From the NCBI GenBank assembly GCA_050246315.1, contig JBFWWG010000004.1, forward strand, positions 224,001 through 288,000: a DNA stretch of 64,000 nt, in the 5' to 3' direction. Under the pieces are notes generated by a model. That model saw only the letters and a list, made by a program, of their open reading frames with translations, was not told the DNA's origin and did not search any database. How positions within the stretch are numbered: the stretch's first letter is position 1; each line of letters opens with the position of its first letter. The DNA comes from Nitrospiraceae bacterium (GTDB lineage Bacteria; Nitrospirota; Nitrospiria; Nitrospirales; Nitrospiraceae). The translations under genes and the position numbers were made by a program. Positions 1-9,395 of this stretch are shown in pieces.

Positions 1-1373
1 CCTCGGGCGTCCATGGTGATAATGGCGTCCTCGCTGGAATCGACGAAGGCCCGCAGTTGCTCTTCGCTCTTGCGCAACGCCAGTTCGGCTTCCCTCCGCT
101 GGCTGATATCACGAAACGTCACCACCGCTCCAACGATCCTCCCGTCTTCGAGAATGGGGGTGGAGGAATACTCGACCGGAAAGCCCCTTCCATTCTTTCT
201 CCAGAACATCTCGTCGACGGAGTGCTGGATCAGCCCTTGGCGCAACGAGCGCATGATCGGAAAGTCATCGGCGGTGTAGTCCGTCCCGTCCGCCCGGGTC
301 TGGCGCACCAGCTTCTGCATGGACCGGCCGAGCAATTCATCCGCGCGCCACCCCAACAGGCTCGCCGCCGCCGGATTCACGAAGGTGAGGTTTCCGTAGA
401 GGTCCACCCGACAGATCCCGTCCCACGCCGAGTTCAATAGCAGCTCGTAATCACGGCGCAACCGTTCCAAGTCGGCCTCGTCCAGATCTCGCTGGGTGAC
501 ATCGGCAATCACGGTCCGCTCGTGCACCGCCAATAATTGTTGCAACGTGCCGATCTGGGATTCTAACAACGCGATCGTATTGCGGTTGGATCGCCCGACC
601 GCGGCAGGTCGCGGCACGGCAGGCCGCACCTCCGGCATCGCTGCGGCCTGCCGGTCGTGAGGCAACAATGCGAGCTTTGCGCTCAAGGCGAGCGTCCGGA
701 AATGATCGGCCGTGTCGTTTGGAATCGCCACGTTGGCAAACAGGACGACGACAAAGAGGTGGCCGGACGGCAAGATTCCGCCGAACCCCACAACCGACCG
801 CACACCGTACCGCAGGACAAACGCGTCCTGCACCGGCACGTACGGACTCTTCACGGCATCCGGCACGAAAAACACATTATGAGTCCGTTCCTCACTATCA
901 ATGACCAGGTTGCACCCGGAGACGAACCTCGACTCTATCTTCACGCCAAACTGCCGGAGCAGTTGGGAGAACATGGGGAACTGGGACACAAACTGTTCGC
1001 TGACCAGCGGAATCGCGCGATATCGGTGAGACCGGTTGCGATCGTTCCACGCTGCTTCCTGTCCCGCAGTGCCCATGAGCGTGAAACATTTCATCGCGGT
1101 TGACCTGGGCCGGCGGCCCAGCGCCTGGGTGGCGAGTTCGCGTTCCGCCTCGCTCAGCGACCGGTATTCCCGTGTCACAAAACACCGGACCAGCACGCAC
1201 TGGGGCTGGCCATTTTGTCGATCGCGGAGATGCCGGTAGAGAAATTGGGCAAGGCCCTGGGCCACCCCGTGCAGGTCGGGCCCGGTTGGGCCGAGCGCCC
1301 GCAACGCCACCCCGCACTCGGTCATGTCGCGGAGAGAAAAGGTCGTGAGATCGTAGGTGCGACGGGCTGTCAT
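1..1373 (-). CDS. PAS-domain sensor protein with an uncharacterised N-terminal domain (partial, runs off the window)
   Basis: Manual translation from ATG 1373 (MTARRTYDLTTFSLRDMTECG...) stays open to position 1. It contains PAS signatures LLNSAWDGICRVDLYGNLTFVNPAA...FWRKNGRGFPVEYSSTPI...VVTFRDISQRR and the start of a second PAS (FVDSSEDAIITMD). Absent from the ORF track because it has no stop in the window. Confidence 0.85.
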   Translation of the reverse strand, partial: MTARRTYDLTTFSLRDMTECGVALRALGPTGPDLHGVAQGLAQFLYRHLRDRQNGQPQCVLVRCFVTREYRSLSEAERELATQALGRRPRSTAMKCFTLMGTAGQEAAWNDRNRSHRYRAIPLVSEQFVSQFPMFSQLLRQFGVKIESRFVSGCNLVIDSEERTHNVFFVPDAVKSPYVPVQDAFVLRYGVRSVVGFGGILPSGHLFVVVLFANVAIPNDTADHFRTLALSAKLALLPHDRQAAAMPEVRPAVPRPAAVGRSNRNTIALLESQIGTLQQLLAVHERTVIADVTQRDLDEADLERLRRDYELLLNSAWDGICRVDLYGNLTFVNPAAASLLGWRADELLGRSMQKLVRQTRADGTDYTADDFPIMRSLRQGLIQHSVDEMFWRKNGRGFPVEYSSTPILEDGRIVGAVVTFRDISQRREAELALRKSEEQLRAFVDSSEDAIITMDAR

Positions 1374-1441
1374 GGTAGGATACCCCGCGGCGAGGCCCCG
1401 CCGCGACGCGTACCGAGATTCGACAATGCCGAACGGAAGGC

Positions 1442-1470
1442 AGTCTAAGGAAACCCCCTGAGCCTGTCAA
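1442..1470 (-). promoter_or_regulatory. sigma70-type promoter for the PAS sensor gene
   Basis: TTGACA-17 nt-TAGACT on the minus strand, about 70 nt upstream of ATG 1373. Confidence 0.65.
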
Positions 1471-1506
1471 GAAATCAGGTTTCGAAACGGGCCGCTGTGA
1501 TATGCT

Positions 1507-1857
1507 GTGTGCGTGATCCACCCTGGACTCCGATCGCGTGTACCGCCGTGCACGAGCATCGCCGCACCGGCGACCGTGATGCTGGCGTTGGCCATGACGA
1601 TGCCGCGCTCCGTCGATGCAGGCGACCCTCCCTGCGATCGCTATCCTGAAGGCAAACAGGCCTCGTGTCGGGTGATTTGGAAACAGCTCAACGATCAGGC
1701 CGTCGGGGAAATGGCGCGTTTCGGACTCGACCAACAACGCCGGCGGGATGCGGGCCAGATTACCGCCGAACAGCATCTGGCAGAGAACATGGCGTTTATC
1801 AAGCAGGCCACCCAGAACCGGTTGAAGCGGCTCGAAGAGCGGATGGCAAAAGAATGA
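1507..1857 (+). CDS. hypothetical exported protein (start uncertain)
   Basis: Hydrophobic N-terminal stretch, Cys pair and helical C-terminus. Fills the gap between neighbouring genes. Confidence 0.6.
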   Translation: MCVIHPGLRSRVPPCTSIAAPATVMLALAMTMPRSVDAGDPPCDRYPEGKQASCRVIWKQLNDQAVGEMARFGLDQQRRRDAGQITAEQHLAENMAFIKQATQNRLKRLEERMAKE

Positions 1858-1860
1858 CGA

Positions 1861-2388
1861 TCAGAGTTCCTGTTTCTTGAATTCCGGGAGCATCTTCGCA
1901 GCGGATTCCAACAGGTCCCGCCCGACAAGGATCGGCGCCTTGAAATGCACCGCCAGCGCAATCGAATCGGACGACCGGCTGTCAAACACCTTTTCTACTC
2001 CGTTCACCGCCACCGTCAGGGCTCCATAATAGGTGCCGTCTTTGAGCGTGATCACAGTCCGCAGCACGCGGCCGCCGAACGCTGCCAAAATATTGTGCAT
2101 GAGGTCATGCGACATCGGCCGGGGCAGCTTATCGCCGGTAAGCGCACCGTGAATCGAGCCGGCGACGGTCGCGTCGACAAAAATCGGAATAGCTCGCCCC
2201 TCGGCCAGCAGCAAAACGACCGGACCTTGCTCGGAGACCCGCACCCGCACATCGGTGATTTCGACGAGTTGAGCGGACTCGCCCGACTCCTCAGCCTGCA
2301 CGGCCTGACCAGCCGGCATTCCCGTGACGAGCGACGCGACAAGAGCCGACCACATGAGACCTGTGATTGAGACGGTTGGCCTGTTCAT
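1861..2388 (-). CDS. bifunctional nuclease family protein (DUF151) with a signal-peptide-like N-terminus
   Basis: Motifs IPIFV, PRPMSHDL, GTYYGAL, DSRSSDSIALA. SD GGAGGGG lies before ATG 2388. Confidence 0.85.
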   Translation of the reverse strand: MNRPTVSITGLMWSALVASLVTGMPAGQAVQAEESGESAQLVEITDVRVRVSEQGPVVLLLAEGRAIPIFVDATVAGSIHGALTGDKLPRPMSHDLMHNILAAFGGRVLRTVITLKDGTYYGALTVAVNGVEKVFDSRSSDSIALAVHFKAPILVGRDLLESAAKMLPEFKKQEL

Positions 2389-2392
2389 ACGT

Positions 2393-2575
2393 CCCCTCCA
2401 TACCAACCTTGGTTGAGCCGGCGGTCCATCGGACGACGCCCCTCTTCATTGTCGCCGCCGGAGAAACACATCCGGTAATCCTTCCCGCTTTTTCTCATAC
2501 CAATCTTGGTTGAGCCGGCGGAGAAGCACCTGATGCGTATTTTCATTCCTCTGTCTTCATCGGCCGACGGAGAGA
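2393..2575 (-). promoter_or_regulatory. tandem conserved leader motif, copy A (candidate cis-regulatory RNA)
   Basis: 2393-2467 matches 9320-9395 (8 mismatches and 1 gap in 76 nt by hand alignment). A 26-nt internal repeat lies at 2399-2424 and 2496-2521. Confidence 0.55.
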
Positions 2576-2619
2576 CTCGTCAAGCGGCTTTGTTTCTTTT
2601 CACGCTGTGCTCGAACCGA

Positions 2620-3261
2620 CTATCCTCTCACGTAGGCATTGGTCCGCTGCTCGGTGCCGATGTCCGTTTCAGGCCCGTGACCGGTCACAACGACCGTGTC
2701 TCCTTCCAGTCTGTAGAGACGTTCGCGGATGGACCGCTCGATCGCCGTGAAGTCACCGCCCCATAGATCCGTACGCCCGATGGAACCGCGGAACAGCGTG
2801 TCTCCAGCCAACAACAGCCGCTCGGTGGGCAGATGAAAACTCATGGAACCGGGCGTATGGCCCGGCGTATGGATCGCAACGCAGGCCAACGCGCCGACCG
2901 CAAATTGCTCATCGTCCTTCAACCAGTAATCCGGCAGCGGAACCGGCACATAGGACACGCCGAACACCTCGCATTGCTCCTCCAACAATTCCCATAACCG
3001 ACGATCATCCGGGTGAAGGCAGAGCGACGCCCCGGTCGCCTGCTGCATGTGTCCAGACGCAAGGAAGTGATCGAAATGCGCGTGCGTATGCAGAATGCGG
3101 GTTACGGTCAAACCCAAGGCCCGCACTTCATGAAGGATCTGGTCCGACGCCCCGCCGGGGTCCACCACGAGCGCCTGCTTCGTGTGCGGATCTCCGATGA
3201 TCGAACAATTGCAGCCCAAAGGCGGCACCGGGAACGTTTTGCGGATGAGCGATGCGGACAC
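2620..3261 (-). CDS. MBL-fold metallo-hydrolase (glyoxalase II-like)
   Basis: THAHFDH, HTPGHTPG, GDTLF and TGHG motifs. The GTG start overlaps the upstream stop and has a GAGGAG SD. Confidence 0.92.
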   Translation of the reverse strand: MSASLIRKTFPVPPLGCNCSIIGDPHTKQALVVDPGGASDQILHEVRALGLTVTRILHTHAHFDHFLASGHMQQATGASLCLHPDDRRLWELLEEQCEVFGVSYVPVPLPDYWLKDDEQFAVGALACVAIHTPGHTPGSMSFHLPTERLLLAGDTLFRGSIGRTDLWGGDFTAIERSIRERLYRLEGDTVVVTGHGPETDIGTEQRTNAYVRG

Positions 3262-3914
3262 TAGCTCCTCCTTTCCTCGGGATGGGCGACCCACACGATA
3301 TCCGTATCGAAGAGATTCCAGCCCTGCCCCTGCCGTTGTAACCAATAGAGAAAGCCGGCTCCCGTCCCATCGGGCCGTTCATTGGCCACGTAGACCAAGG
3401 CTTGATCCTCTTTGAGGGTCCAGGCAACCCGGGAAAACGCCAGACGATCGAGCCGGGTGTCGTCCGCCTGCACGGAATGCCTCCAGGTCGCGAATTGCGG
3501 CCCGAGGAACACGTCCGATTCCTCCGCACCCTCAGGAGTGACAAATCGCACACGCGCCCCGAATCGAAATTGCGGCTGCAATCGAGCCGGACGTTGGTTC
3601 TTGGCGATGAAATCCGCGATCAGGTCGTGCGGAAGCCGCCCATCGAACGGTTGCTGCTCTTCAAACCACTGCTCGCTCGGCGGATCCGGTTCGTTCGGAT
3701 GGAGCCGTGTGAGGGTGAAGCGCTCGATCACCACGATCTGGATCAGGCTCGTAAGAAACTTAGACTCGACAATCCTATCGTAGACAGGATACTCTTCCTC
3801 CGGTACGGACTCCCCATCCGCTCGCGAGATCCCGGTCGGCGCCGCTAGGGTTCGGTCGCCAAATCCAAGCGTCATCAGGCAGAGACACCCTATGACGACC
3901 GCTGTCCTTCGCAT
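3261..3914 (-). CDS. hypothetical exported protein
   Basis: Signal-peptide-like MRRTAVVIGCLCLMTLG. Coupled to the MBL gene. Confidence 0.7.
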   Translation of the reverse strand: MRRTAVVIGCLCLMTLGFGDRTLAAPTGISRADGESVPEEEYPVYDRIVESKFLTSLIQIVVIERFTLTRLHPNEPDPPSEQWFEEQQPFDGRLPHDLIADFIAKNQRPARLQPQFRFGARVRFVTPEGAEESDVFLGPQFATWRHSVQADDTRLDRLAFSRVAWTLKEDQALVYVANERPDGTGAGFLYWLQRQGQGWNLFDTDIVWVAHPEERRS

Positions 3915-3987
3915 AGTGAGAGCATAAGCTGCGATGCCGCAGACCGTCAAACCCCCACGCAGGCAGTCCCGGATTCACCTGCCGACA

Positions 3988-4740
3988 ATGCGAATCGAAA
4001 GGCCGACATCGCGAGCGATTGGCCTTGCACCGATGCTTCTATTGCTCGTTTTCACATCCTGCAAGCCCGACGACTCTCCCTTGAAGGCCGAGAACGAAGC
4101 CTTGCGCAAGCAAGTGACCAAGCAGGAGTCCGTCCTGAACTCGCTGCAAGACGGCACCAAGGTCATGCAGCAACAGATCGATCTACTGAATCAGGAACTG
4201 CGGGACGCGAAGAAAGAAACCCAGCGCGCGCACGACGAAACCGAGCGCGTCCGGGCCGAGACCAAGGAAGCAACCCTCAAGTTCGAGGCACAGGTGGCCC
4301 AGACCAAGAAGCTCTCCGCCGAAGTACAGCGAACCGCGGCGGCCCAAGCCGCCTTTACCGTACGCGCCGAGGAGAAGGGCGCGCAGATCGAAGACCTTCC
4401 TCGTCCCTTCGCCCTGGTCGCCCGCGCCGCCGAGGAGGCCCTGGCGCGCAACGGGTATGCGATCAGGGTGAGCGTCAAAACGGATCAGAAAGCCGTGTAT
4501 GTGACCGAGCGGAAAATCTCTCCGCCCGCGTCCCTCGAAGCATCCGGTTTTCGGAATCAATTTCTCATCGCCCTGCAGATTCCCTCGGCGAGCGTCACTC
4601 GACTCAGCGTGAAGGCGGAATTCGAGAAGCTCGCCCAAGGCGGGAGGATCCTCACCGCCGGGCCGGACGAAACGGCGGAGATCGAGCGACGCCTCATCGC
4701 CGAGATCAGCAAGGCCGTAGCCGCCAAAGACAAGTTGTGA
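3988..4740 (+). CDS. coiled-coil lipoprotein, hypothetical
   Basis: Lipobox-like LLLLVFTSC followed by a heptad-rich region. Stop overlaps the next start (GTGA). Confidence 0.75.
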   Translation: MRIERPTSRAIGLAPMLLLLVFTSCKPDDSPLKAENEALRKQVTKQESVLNSLQDGTKVMQQQIDLLNQELRDAKKETQRAHDETERVRAETKEATLKFEAQVAQTKKLSAEVQRTAAAQAAFTVRAEEKGAQIEDLPRPFALVARAAEEALARNGYAIRVSVKTDQKAVYVTERKISPPASLEASGFRNQFLIALQIPSASVTRLSVKAEFEKLAQGGRILTAGPDETAEIERRLIAEISKAVAAKDKL

Positions 4741-5630
4741 GCGGTCTCCGGATCTTGCTTTCAGCCGCCATCGTGGTCGGGACGACGGTCGGAACCGCAG
4801 ACGCCCGTTCCAACACGCAACCTCCTCCTCCCAAACAGGAACTCGCTCGCCATCTTGCATCGATCGCTGCCGTCGTGCGCCCCTCTCCGTCTGTAACCGT
4901 CGAGGAAGGCTGGTTCCTCATGGGGACCGTCAGGAAGGATGACGAGCCCTACGCGCTGGAAACGCAATTCGACGACACCGAGCTGCCGCAACACCGCGTC
5001 TGGCTGGATCGCTATCAGATCGATCGGGACGAAGTGAGCGTGGGGGAATACCTGGCGTTTCTCCGTCAATCCCGGCAACCGGTGTCGGACGAGCTACAAC
5101 GGCTCCTCTGGCACGTGATCTCAGTCCACTCCATGCCTGACGCCGTGCTCGCCCGCTGGCCGGCCCTGTATGTGACCTGGCAGGAGGCGGCGGACTTTTG
5201 CCGCACGCATGGGAAACGGCTCCCGACGGAGGCCGAATGGGAAAAGGCCGCACGCGGCCGCGAAGGCATCTTGTTTCCTTGGGGCAACCGCCCTCCGTCG
5301 CCGGGCATCGCCGTGTTCGGGCAATACCACGTCCATGAAATCCCGCTGGTGGCCGCAGTGGACAGTGGTGAGGAGGGGCAAAGTCCTTACGGTGTCCGTC
5401 ATATGGCCGGCAACATCGCAGAATGGGTGCAGGACTGGCTGGGGTTCGATTATTACGCCGTCACGCCGGACCGCAATCCACCGGGTCCCACCACAGGCCG
5501 CTACAGGGTCGCACGAGGCGGTTCGTGGAAAAGCAAACCGATGATGCTCCGAACCGCGACACGCGGAGGGTCCGCACCAGATCAGCGTGCCGCCACCCTC
5601 GGCTTCCGCTGCGCCGCGTCCCTTCCGTGA
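4737..5630 (+). CDS. formylglycine-generating enzyme (FGE-sulfatase) domain protein
   Basis: FLMG, KRLPTEAEWEKAARG, SPYGVRHMAGNIAEW, RGGSW and GFRCA motifs. Confidence 0.92.
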   Translation: MSGLRILLSAAIVVGTTVGTADARSNTQPPPPKQELARHLASIAAVVRPSPSVTVEEGWFLMGTVRKDDEPYALETQFDDTELPQHRVWLDRYQIDRDEVSVGEYLAFLRQSRQPVSDELQRLLWHVISVHSMPDAVLARWPALYVTWQEAADFCRTHGKRLPTEAEWEKAARGREGILFPWGNRPPSPGIAVFGQYHVHEIPLVAAVDSGEEGQSPYGVRHMAGNIAEWVQDWLGFDYYAVTPDRNPPGPTTGRYRVARGGSWKSKPMMLRTATRGGSAPDQRAATLGFRCAASLP

Positions 5631-6730
5631 GCACCCGTCATCCCGCTCTGATCGCCCTCGACCAGCCCTGCCACGACGGCACACTCCAAGCCAAACGGCA
5701 GGTAGCCCGCATAGCCCAGGATCGGCATTTCGAACAGCCGGCAACATTGGACATAGGGAATGGCGTATTCCCAATGGGCGAGACTCTTGACGTTCCAGAG
5801 CTCCCAAAAAAATCCGCAGACCAGCGCGGCAAGGGCCGGCAGGCAGACCGAACGCCAATCGCCGAATCGCAGTCGCGTGAGGATCGTAGCTTCTCCCCTA
5901 ATGAGCGCCAGCGACGTCAAGAGAACAACCGGCGCCATCCAGACGAGCGGAAAGAGATAGTCCGGCCAAAGGCCGATGCCGGCCAGACCGGGCACGGCCG
6001 TCGCCAACCCTGTCCATCCGATCGCCGGATGGTTCACCCAATCCCACCGCCACAGCCGGCGGAACGCTGCATCCAATCCTGGCCAAGTCGAGAGCCACTC
6101 CGTCGTGCTTCGGACTGCCGGTAGCACGGTTGAGAAAGGCACGGTCGCGAACCAGAAATACTCCCAAGCGGTGAATTCCCAGACTGGAGGATAGTGCCAG
6201 TTCTGGACAAAGCCGTTGAGATACTCGAAAAACCACCAAAAGACCGTACTCAGCGGAAACAACAGGAGAAAGTATCGTGGGCGTTTCCGCATCACGCAAC
6301 TGCCGTTTCGCGCCTCAGTCCAGGCGTTGACGATGAGAATGTAGCCCAGCCAAAGCGGCGTGAACGTCTGTGCTTGCCAGGTACCCATCCATTCGAATCG
6401 ATTCCAGGAAACGATCCAGGCCAGACCGGTCCACAGGAGGCCGGCCCATCCCCACCAGGGGAAGGAATGCGGGGATCGCCTCGAACGAGATCGAGCCAGA
6501 GCAACGGACAAACGCCGAAAGAAGGGCCCAACGCAAAGGAGAATCACCCCGGCAAGCAGAGAGAACGCGACCCATGAGAAGGGAGCATGCGCGGCGGGCT
6601 GCGGACGGGGAGGAAATTCGAGGTAGGGGGCAAGCGGCTTGCCGGCCATGTGGACTCCAACCAATGGGAGCCCGAGAAGCAGCACCGCTATGGCGGCGAT
6701 TCGGCCGAGGTTACCCGACACCGCAGGCAC
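5582..6730 (-). CDS. multi-pass membrane protein, hypothetical
   Basis: Many hydrophobic segments. WWFFEYLN, GFFWELWN and EMPILGYAGYLPFGLEC look conserved. Confidence 0.8.
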   Translation of the reverse strand: MPAVSGNLGRIAAIAVLLLGLPLVGVHMAGKPLAPYLEFPPRPQPAAHAPFSWVAFSLLAGVILLCVGPFFRRLSVALARSRSRRSPHSFPWWGWAGLLWTGLAWIVSWNRFEWMGTWQAQTFTPLWLGYILIVNAWTEARNGSCVMRKRPRYFLLLFPLSTVFWWFFEYLNGFVQNWHYPPVWEFTAWEYFWFATVPFSTVLPAVRSTTEWLSTWPGLDAAFRRLWRWDWVNHPAIGWTGLATAVPGLAGIGLWPDYLFPLVWMAPVVLLTSLALIRGEATILTRLRFGDWRSVCLPALAALVCGFFWELWNVKSLAHWEYAIPYVQCCRLFEMPILGYAGYLPFGLECAVVAGLVEGDQSGMTGAHGRDAAQRKPRVAAR

Positions 6731-7528
6731 TCACGGTACTGGCCGCTCTCGCTTCCAGCGCCCCTTCAAGTTGTAGGCCGCCAGCTCGATCGCCTCATCC
6801 GCCGCCAGACTCCGCAGGAAGTCGTGAGCCTCGCCATCGTCCCGTGGAGCCGCGATGCGCTGCATCCGTCCAGACCGGCGGATAACCGGATAGGCATTGG
6901 ATGTCAGCCCACCCGTCAGTTGCTCCAACGTGGACATCGTTCGACCTTCCGCTCGCGCGAGGATGGTTCCGTTCTGAGCGTCCACCAAGGCCAGCTCGGC
7001 CAAGGCATGTTGGACTGTGCTGGAACCGGGCAGGCGCCCCATCGCCCCACCGCCTTCTTGCGTACCGTCGAGCGGCACAGTCATGGCACTCGTGATCTCC
7101 ACGCTTGAAATCACCGCGAGCAAGAGATGATCGACCTGCTGTGCATGGGCAAGGTCATCCCATGTTGCAGGCCTGTCGCCGGCATGGCGCACGGACGGCG
7201 ACGCGATCGCGACCACCGACAGCGGCAGGATACTGCCGACGTGCCGTCGCGCCTGATCGGTCACGAAGACCAGCGCGTCTTCAGTGAGAGCCGGCGCGGA
7301 TTCCGAGCCGGTCACATCATTGACGACCGCTAATCCGACACGGAGGCCGGCCGGGAATTCATCGACGGTCTCGGCATCCGGCTGCGAGAAGGTTCCGAGA
7401 TAGGCATCCAGATGCGGGGAAGGCGCGGTGACTGCGCAACCGGAGCCAACCGGTCCCAAGAGCAGCAGGACCAGAAAGGAGGCCATTTGCCCAGTCAAGC
7501 CGACATAGGCACGCTCAAGCAGCCCCAT
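6731..7528 (-). CDS. hypothetical lipoprotein
   Basis: Hydrophobic stretch followed by VGSGC lipobox. Abuts the downstream gene. Confidence 0.7.
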   Translation of the reverse strand: MGLLERAYVGLTGQMASFLVLLLLGPVGSGCAVTAPSPHLDAYLGTFSQPDAETVDEFPAGLRVGLAVVNDVTGSESAPALTEDALVFVTDQARRHVGSILPLSVVAIASPSVRHAGDRPATWDDLAHAQQVDHLLLAVISSVEITSAMTVPLDGTQEGGGAMGRLPGSSTVQHALAELALVDAQNGTILARAEGRTMSTLEQLTGGLTSNAYPVIRRSGRMQRIAAPRDDGEAHDFLRSLAADEAIELAAYNLKGRWKRERPVP

Positions 7529-7651
7529 CCCGCTACCCTGATTCTCTAGCGCGCATGATTCCTGCGTGGTTGATCGCGTGGCACCCTATCCAGACCAACG
7601 AGTCGCACCGCGATTCCAACAGAGACGTTCACGAATCATGCGGACAGGCTC

Positions 7652-8089
7652 CTACAGCCGCTCCTCGTCCAACTCGATCGCGTCAACCCACGTGGTGACG
7701 GGCGGCAGAGATTCGAGCGACACCTCGCGCTTCGCGGCCACATCACGGAGCCGCCCTTGAAATCGCTCGCGCGCCGCATCATCGCTCGGTCCCGCGGTCA
7801 GGACCTTTTTGGTCCAGAGCCGGATCTCGGCCTCGGACAGCGTCTTACCGTTGGTTCGAACCCACTCCAATATGGCCTCGTCCGTTCCTCCCGCCAACAC
7901 CTGTTGCTCGAATGCCTGCGCATCAAGATTCAGCAGTTCGATCAAAGACTTGTCGAACCCCGCGGTGAGGTAGTTGTAGTCCCGGATGAATCCGGCATGG
8001 CGCAGGCGAACCTTATCGATCAACCGGGCCAGATGGGCCAGGCCTCCCAGTAAGACTTTAGGACTTCGAGGGTACTGTGAGGTGTTCAT
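7652..8089 (-). CDS. DUF5069 domain protein
   Basis: YPRSP..LGGLAHLARLIDKVRL at the N-terminus and WVDAIELDEER at the C-terminus. Confidence 0.8.
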   Translation of the reverse strand: MNTSQYPRSPKVLLGGLAHLARLIDKVRLRHAGFIRDYNYLTAGFDKSLIELLNLDAQAFEQQVLAGGTDEAILEWVRTNGKTLSEAEIRLWTKKVLTAGPSDDAARERFQGRLRDVAAKREVSLESLPPVTTWVDAIELDEERL

Positions 8090-8292
8090 GGACGATGTCG
8101 GAAAGAATCGAGAGGCCGTGAACTCCCCCTCCTGCAGTCGCGCCCGATCAACTTTGCCATAGCCGGACCACTCTTGGCTAGCGGCGAACCTGCCTCGTGT
8201 CGATCAGGAGATACAATTGGCTCGTCAGAGCCGAGGTCGCATGATAGGCTCCATTCGAGATCGTCGGACCCGATTACGCGCGGTCTCAGGAC

Positions 8293-8643
8293 ATGCCTAT
8301 GGCCTTGCCCGCACCCAGAGCACATGAACAGCGACGGCATCCCCGCGTGCGCGTCCAATATCGCAGTCATTTTTCCTCAAAAAACAGGATGGTCGCCGGA
8401 GACGGCGATCTGCAGGATCTCTCGCAGGCGGGGTGCCGCATTAAGAGTCAGATCGTCGCTGTTGCCGGTTCGGAATTGGAGCTGTGCGTCTTCATCGACG
8501 GTGACGAGAACCCGCTTGTGATCGATGTCGCCTCGGTCCGCTGGGTACGCTCCGACGAATTCGGTCTCTCCTTCACGCAGGTTCGTCCGCCCGTCCAGCG
8601 TCGAATCGCAGAGCTCTGTAGAAAATTGGCCCCCCTCGATTAA
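8293..8643 (+). CDS. PilZ domain protein
   Basis: QRRHPR (RxxxR) and DLSQAG (DxSxxG) c-di-GMP-binding motifs; VRW...FGLSF. Confidence 0.88.
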   Translation: MPMALPAPRAHEQRRHPRVRVQYRSHFSSKNRMVAGDGDLQDLSQAGCRIKSQIVAVAGSELELCVFIDGDENPLVIDVASVRWVRSDEFGLSFTQVRPPVQRRIAELCRKLAPLD

Positions 8644-9243
8644 TCCACCGGTTCTGCCGTTCCTGTCTAGCGATCGCCTGATCCAACCGCCCAGAGTGAG
8701 TGTCAAAAACGATCGCTTGCATAGGTCTGTAATGCCCAAAATCACCCCTATCTAAAGACCCTATACCGTGACAACCGGCTCTAATTGTCACGCGCAGCGC
8801 CTTATGGTAGAGACACGGCGTGACGGAGATGGCAGTCACGATCGCCTCATCCGTTCATCCATCATGGCCGAACACCGCCCTTTCCAACGAGTGTGGAAAC
8901 CTTCGTTTATCCTGTCATCATAATACGTAGAACCGCGCGCCCGCTTGCGATGTCATTCACAATGTCCTAGGGAGAGATGCGTTCGTGCATTAACTCGGCT
9001 ACCCACGAAAGGGATTCCCTGCACCTCGACCGTTTCCTCTTCATCCACAAGGGGCCGACTGGTTTTCCGACATGCTGCCTCGTTGGCTGTTCGTACGATT
9101 CCCGATGATAAGAGGGGCCCAGTTGTCGCAGCGCATCTGAAGGAGCCGGCAATGGAAGCGCGTAAGAGAAACCCGCCGGCGGCATTTCTCCTGCAGTGGA
9201 GTGACGCCGACTAAGAATCAGTCTGACCAAACGGGTGAAAGGC

Positions 9244-9395
9244 AAGAAGGGCGTCGCCCGATGAACCGCCGGCTCTAGCAAAGCTTGGTATGGCGAGGGG
9301 GAAGGGAATCACGAACGGGGTTTCTCCGGCGGCGTCAATGAAGAAGGGCGTCGCCCGATGAGCCGCCGGCTCTAGCAAAGCTTGGTATGGAGGGG
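9244..9395 (+). promoter_or_regulatory. tandem conserved leader motif, copy B (candidate cis-regulatory RNA)
   Basis: 50-nt direct repeat at 9244-9293 and 9341-9390 (1 mismatch). Homologous to copy A and ends at the SD of the gene starting at 9399. Confidence 0.55.

Noticed and set aside
9338..9361. Leader peptide encoded by the motif (ATGAAGA...)
   Set aside because: The frame is not conserved: MKKGVAR* in copy B, but an open, different reading in copy A.
9244..9390. Mini-CRISPR array (repeat-spacer-repeat)
   Set aside because: Only two units, the 'spacer' is homologous between loci A and B, and there are no cas genes in the window.
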